Below, piece after piece: positions 61,736 to 64,000 of a stretch of DNA of 64,000 nt (its first letter is position 1; each line of letters opens with the position of its first letter). The stretch is from contig NC_091470.1 in NCBI RefSeq assembly GCF_036971445.1, positions 180,172,001 to 180,236,000 of the forward strand, in the 5' to 3' direction. Origin of the DNA: Narcine bancroftii. Taxonomy: Eukaryota. Both the position numbers and the translations under genes were made by a program. The notes under the pieces are model-generated. The model had not been told where the DNA came from and did no database searches. It saw only the letters and a list, made by a program, of their open reading frames with translations.

Positions 61736-62557
61736 CCTTTTGGACGGGACACTTTCTGTGGTGTATCTGTAGAAGCGGGGACGTGATTTGGTGAATCAGT
61801 GGTGGCACTGGTGGGCCTCCTTGGCTGATGCAACGACACGGTCCGACCAGGGCAGAGTGTATTCACTCCTGAAGCCATCTGCTGTCTCCACCTCAGCCCC
61901 GTTGATAAGGAACATTGGGTTGAGTCAAAGTACGGTTAGCCAGCAGAGCGATGGTTAAAGACTCCAAGGCTGGGCTTTTGGCAGGTTCTAGTAATGAGAG
62001 GCCTCCTGGAAACTGATAATCTGACAGACGTGTCAAAATTATTGACAGACCAGCATTAAACTTTGTTCAGATATGCATCGGGCTTTCTGATAAATCCAGG
62101 ACAAATCCAAACTTGATTGTGGTGTTTAGTCATGGAGAAAATATTGGCACTTTCACTCACACATTGGTGAGGCCAGACTTGGAGCATTGTGTGCAGTTTT
62201 GGCCACCAAATTACAGGAAAGAGATCAATAAGGTTGAAGGAGGGCAGAGAGGATCTATTAGGATGTTGCCGGGATTTGAGAAACATTTAGAAAATTTTAA
62301 ATGCAGATATATAGGCCGCCCAAAAGGGTGGGATGAAACTGGAGCCTCCTCTGGGGAAAACCCACGCAGACACAGGACGAATGTGCAAACTTCCGTCAGA
62401 CAGCACTGGATTCAAAACCCGGTCCCGATTGCTGTCACAGTGTTGCGCCAACCGCTGAACCCACTGCGCTGCCTGAAAGGTTATAAACAGGTTCATATAC
62501 CTTGAGGAAGGGCTCAAGCCCGAAATGCCAGTTTTTTATATATATATATATAAATAT

Positions 62558-63028
62558 TCAGCATCGAGTCCACGCTGCTGAAGATCCAGCTGCGCTGGGT
62601 GGGTCACGTCTCCAGAATGGAGGACCATCGCCTTCCCAAGATCGTGTTATATGGCGAGCTCTCCACTGGCCACCGTGACAGAGGTGCACCAAAGAAAAGG
62701 TACAAGGACTGCCTAAAGAAATCTCTTGGTGCCTGCCACATTGACCACCGCCAGTGGGCTGATAACGCCTCAAACCGTGCATCTTGGCGCCTCACAGTTT
62801 GGCGGGCAGCAACCTCCTTTGAAGAAGACCGCAGAGCCCACCTCACTGACAAAAGGCAAAGGAGGAAAAACCCAACACCCAACCCCAACCAACCAATTTT
62901 CCCCTGCAGCCGCTGCAACCGTGTCTGCCTGTCCCGCATCGGACTTGTCAGCCACAAACGAGCCTGCAGCTGACGTGGACTTTTACCCCCTCCATAAATC
63001 TTCGTCCGCGAAGCCAAGCCAAAGAAAG
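62558..63028 (+). mobile_element. RTE-clade (BovB-like) LINE 3' end
   Basis: QLRWVGHVSRMEDHRLPKIVLYGEL..R.RG.PKKRYKD and terminal C..C...IGL.SH.R.C; stop at 62973; AAGCCAAGCCAAAGAA tail; flanked by (TA)n. Confidence 0.88.
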
Positions 63029-63047
63029 ATATATATATATATATATG

Positions 63048-63086
<39 letters not shown>

Positions 63087-64000
63087 TCCTACATGACTGG
63101 CCGAGTTCCTCCAGCTTGTCTGTGTTTTTACCACAATTACAGCGTCTGCAGACTTTCGTGTTTCGCTCCTTAAATAGGCGCGGACTTTATTTCCTGGAGC
63201 GTAGAGGGGGGGGGGGGAGATTTACAAAATTATAACAGAATGAATGTCAGTCGGCTTTTCCCACTGAGGGAAGGTGAGGTACAAACCAGAGAATGTGAGG
63301 AAAGGGGAAGAGGTTTAGGGGGAAAATTTCTTCACGCCAAGAGTGGTGGGAGTGTTTAACGAGCTGCCAGCTGGAGTGGTGAAAGTGCAGGATCAACGTT
63401 AACATAGAAAACTTTGCAGCACAATGCAGGCCCTTCGGCCCACAAAGTTGTGCCAAACATGTCCCTGCCTTAGAAATGACCATAGCCCCGGTCCTCCTCA
63501 AGTCCACGATCATCTCCTTTGCCTCGTCCACGTTGAGACTCGGGTTGTTATTACGATTTTGTTCGAAATGAAGCCACATAATTTTGTGGGGGGAGGGTTT
63601 TTTTATTTTGCCTTTTTATTTTGCATAAATTTTTCAACAACCAGTGTTTATTCCACACCGCCCCCCCCACCCTGATTTTTTGCCAGTGAATTGTGAATTC
63701 AACAGGTGCAGATTTCCATTTGCCAGACTACTGTGGCGGGGGGAGGGGGGAGTTGCCAGAGGTTTTCTCCACTTCTCCCTTGCGTTAGGAATGGAAATCA
63801 AGAAAAATTAAATCCCGATGCTGAAAAACTGAAACACAGTTAACGTGGCGTGAGCCAAGTCCACTACAGCACCCGGCAATCCGGATTCGCTGTCCTTAAG
63901 GAGTTTGTATAAACGCACCAAAATGCTAGAGGGACTCAGCCAGACTTTCCAGCATCCACAGGCAACAAAGACACATCGCCGACGTTTCAGGTCTGAGCCC

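Overview
Repeat-rich vertebrate DNA, most likely from a cartilaginous fish (inferred from V-SINE/HE1-like SINEs plus CR1, Penelope, Rex1 and RTE LINEs). It is not prokaryotic and has no CRISPR, rRNA or tRNA. Genic content: (1) an isolated pair of intact but unusually divergent intronless stem-loop histone genes, H2B (8861-9244 +) and H3 (11486-11896 +), with no H2A/H4/H1 in the window; (2) a ~23-kb minus-strand gene or pseudogene built from a signal-peptide exon and five C-type lectin domain (CTLD) exons alternating with four phase-1/1 linker exons, where two CTLDs and all linkers are open and three CTLDs carry lesions; (3) a CpG-rich candidate first exon on the plus strand at ~42.85 kb. The rest is transposons and satellites: a near-intact CR1 ORF2, a solo LTR and hAT MITEs with TSDs, a perfect 18-bp GC-rich minisatellite, and a 17-bp minisatellite apparently amplified from a transposon terminal inverted repeat and interrupted by an ORF2-deleted half-L1. 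Family assignments are by eye and TE boundaries are approximate.
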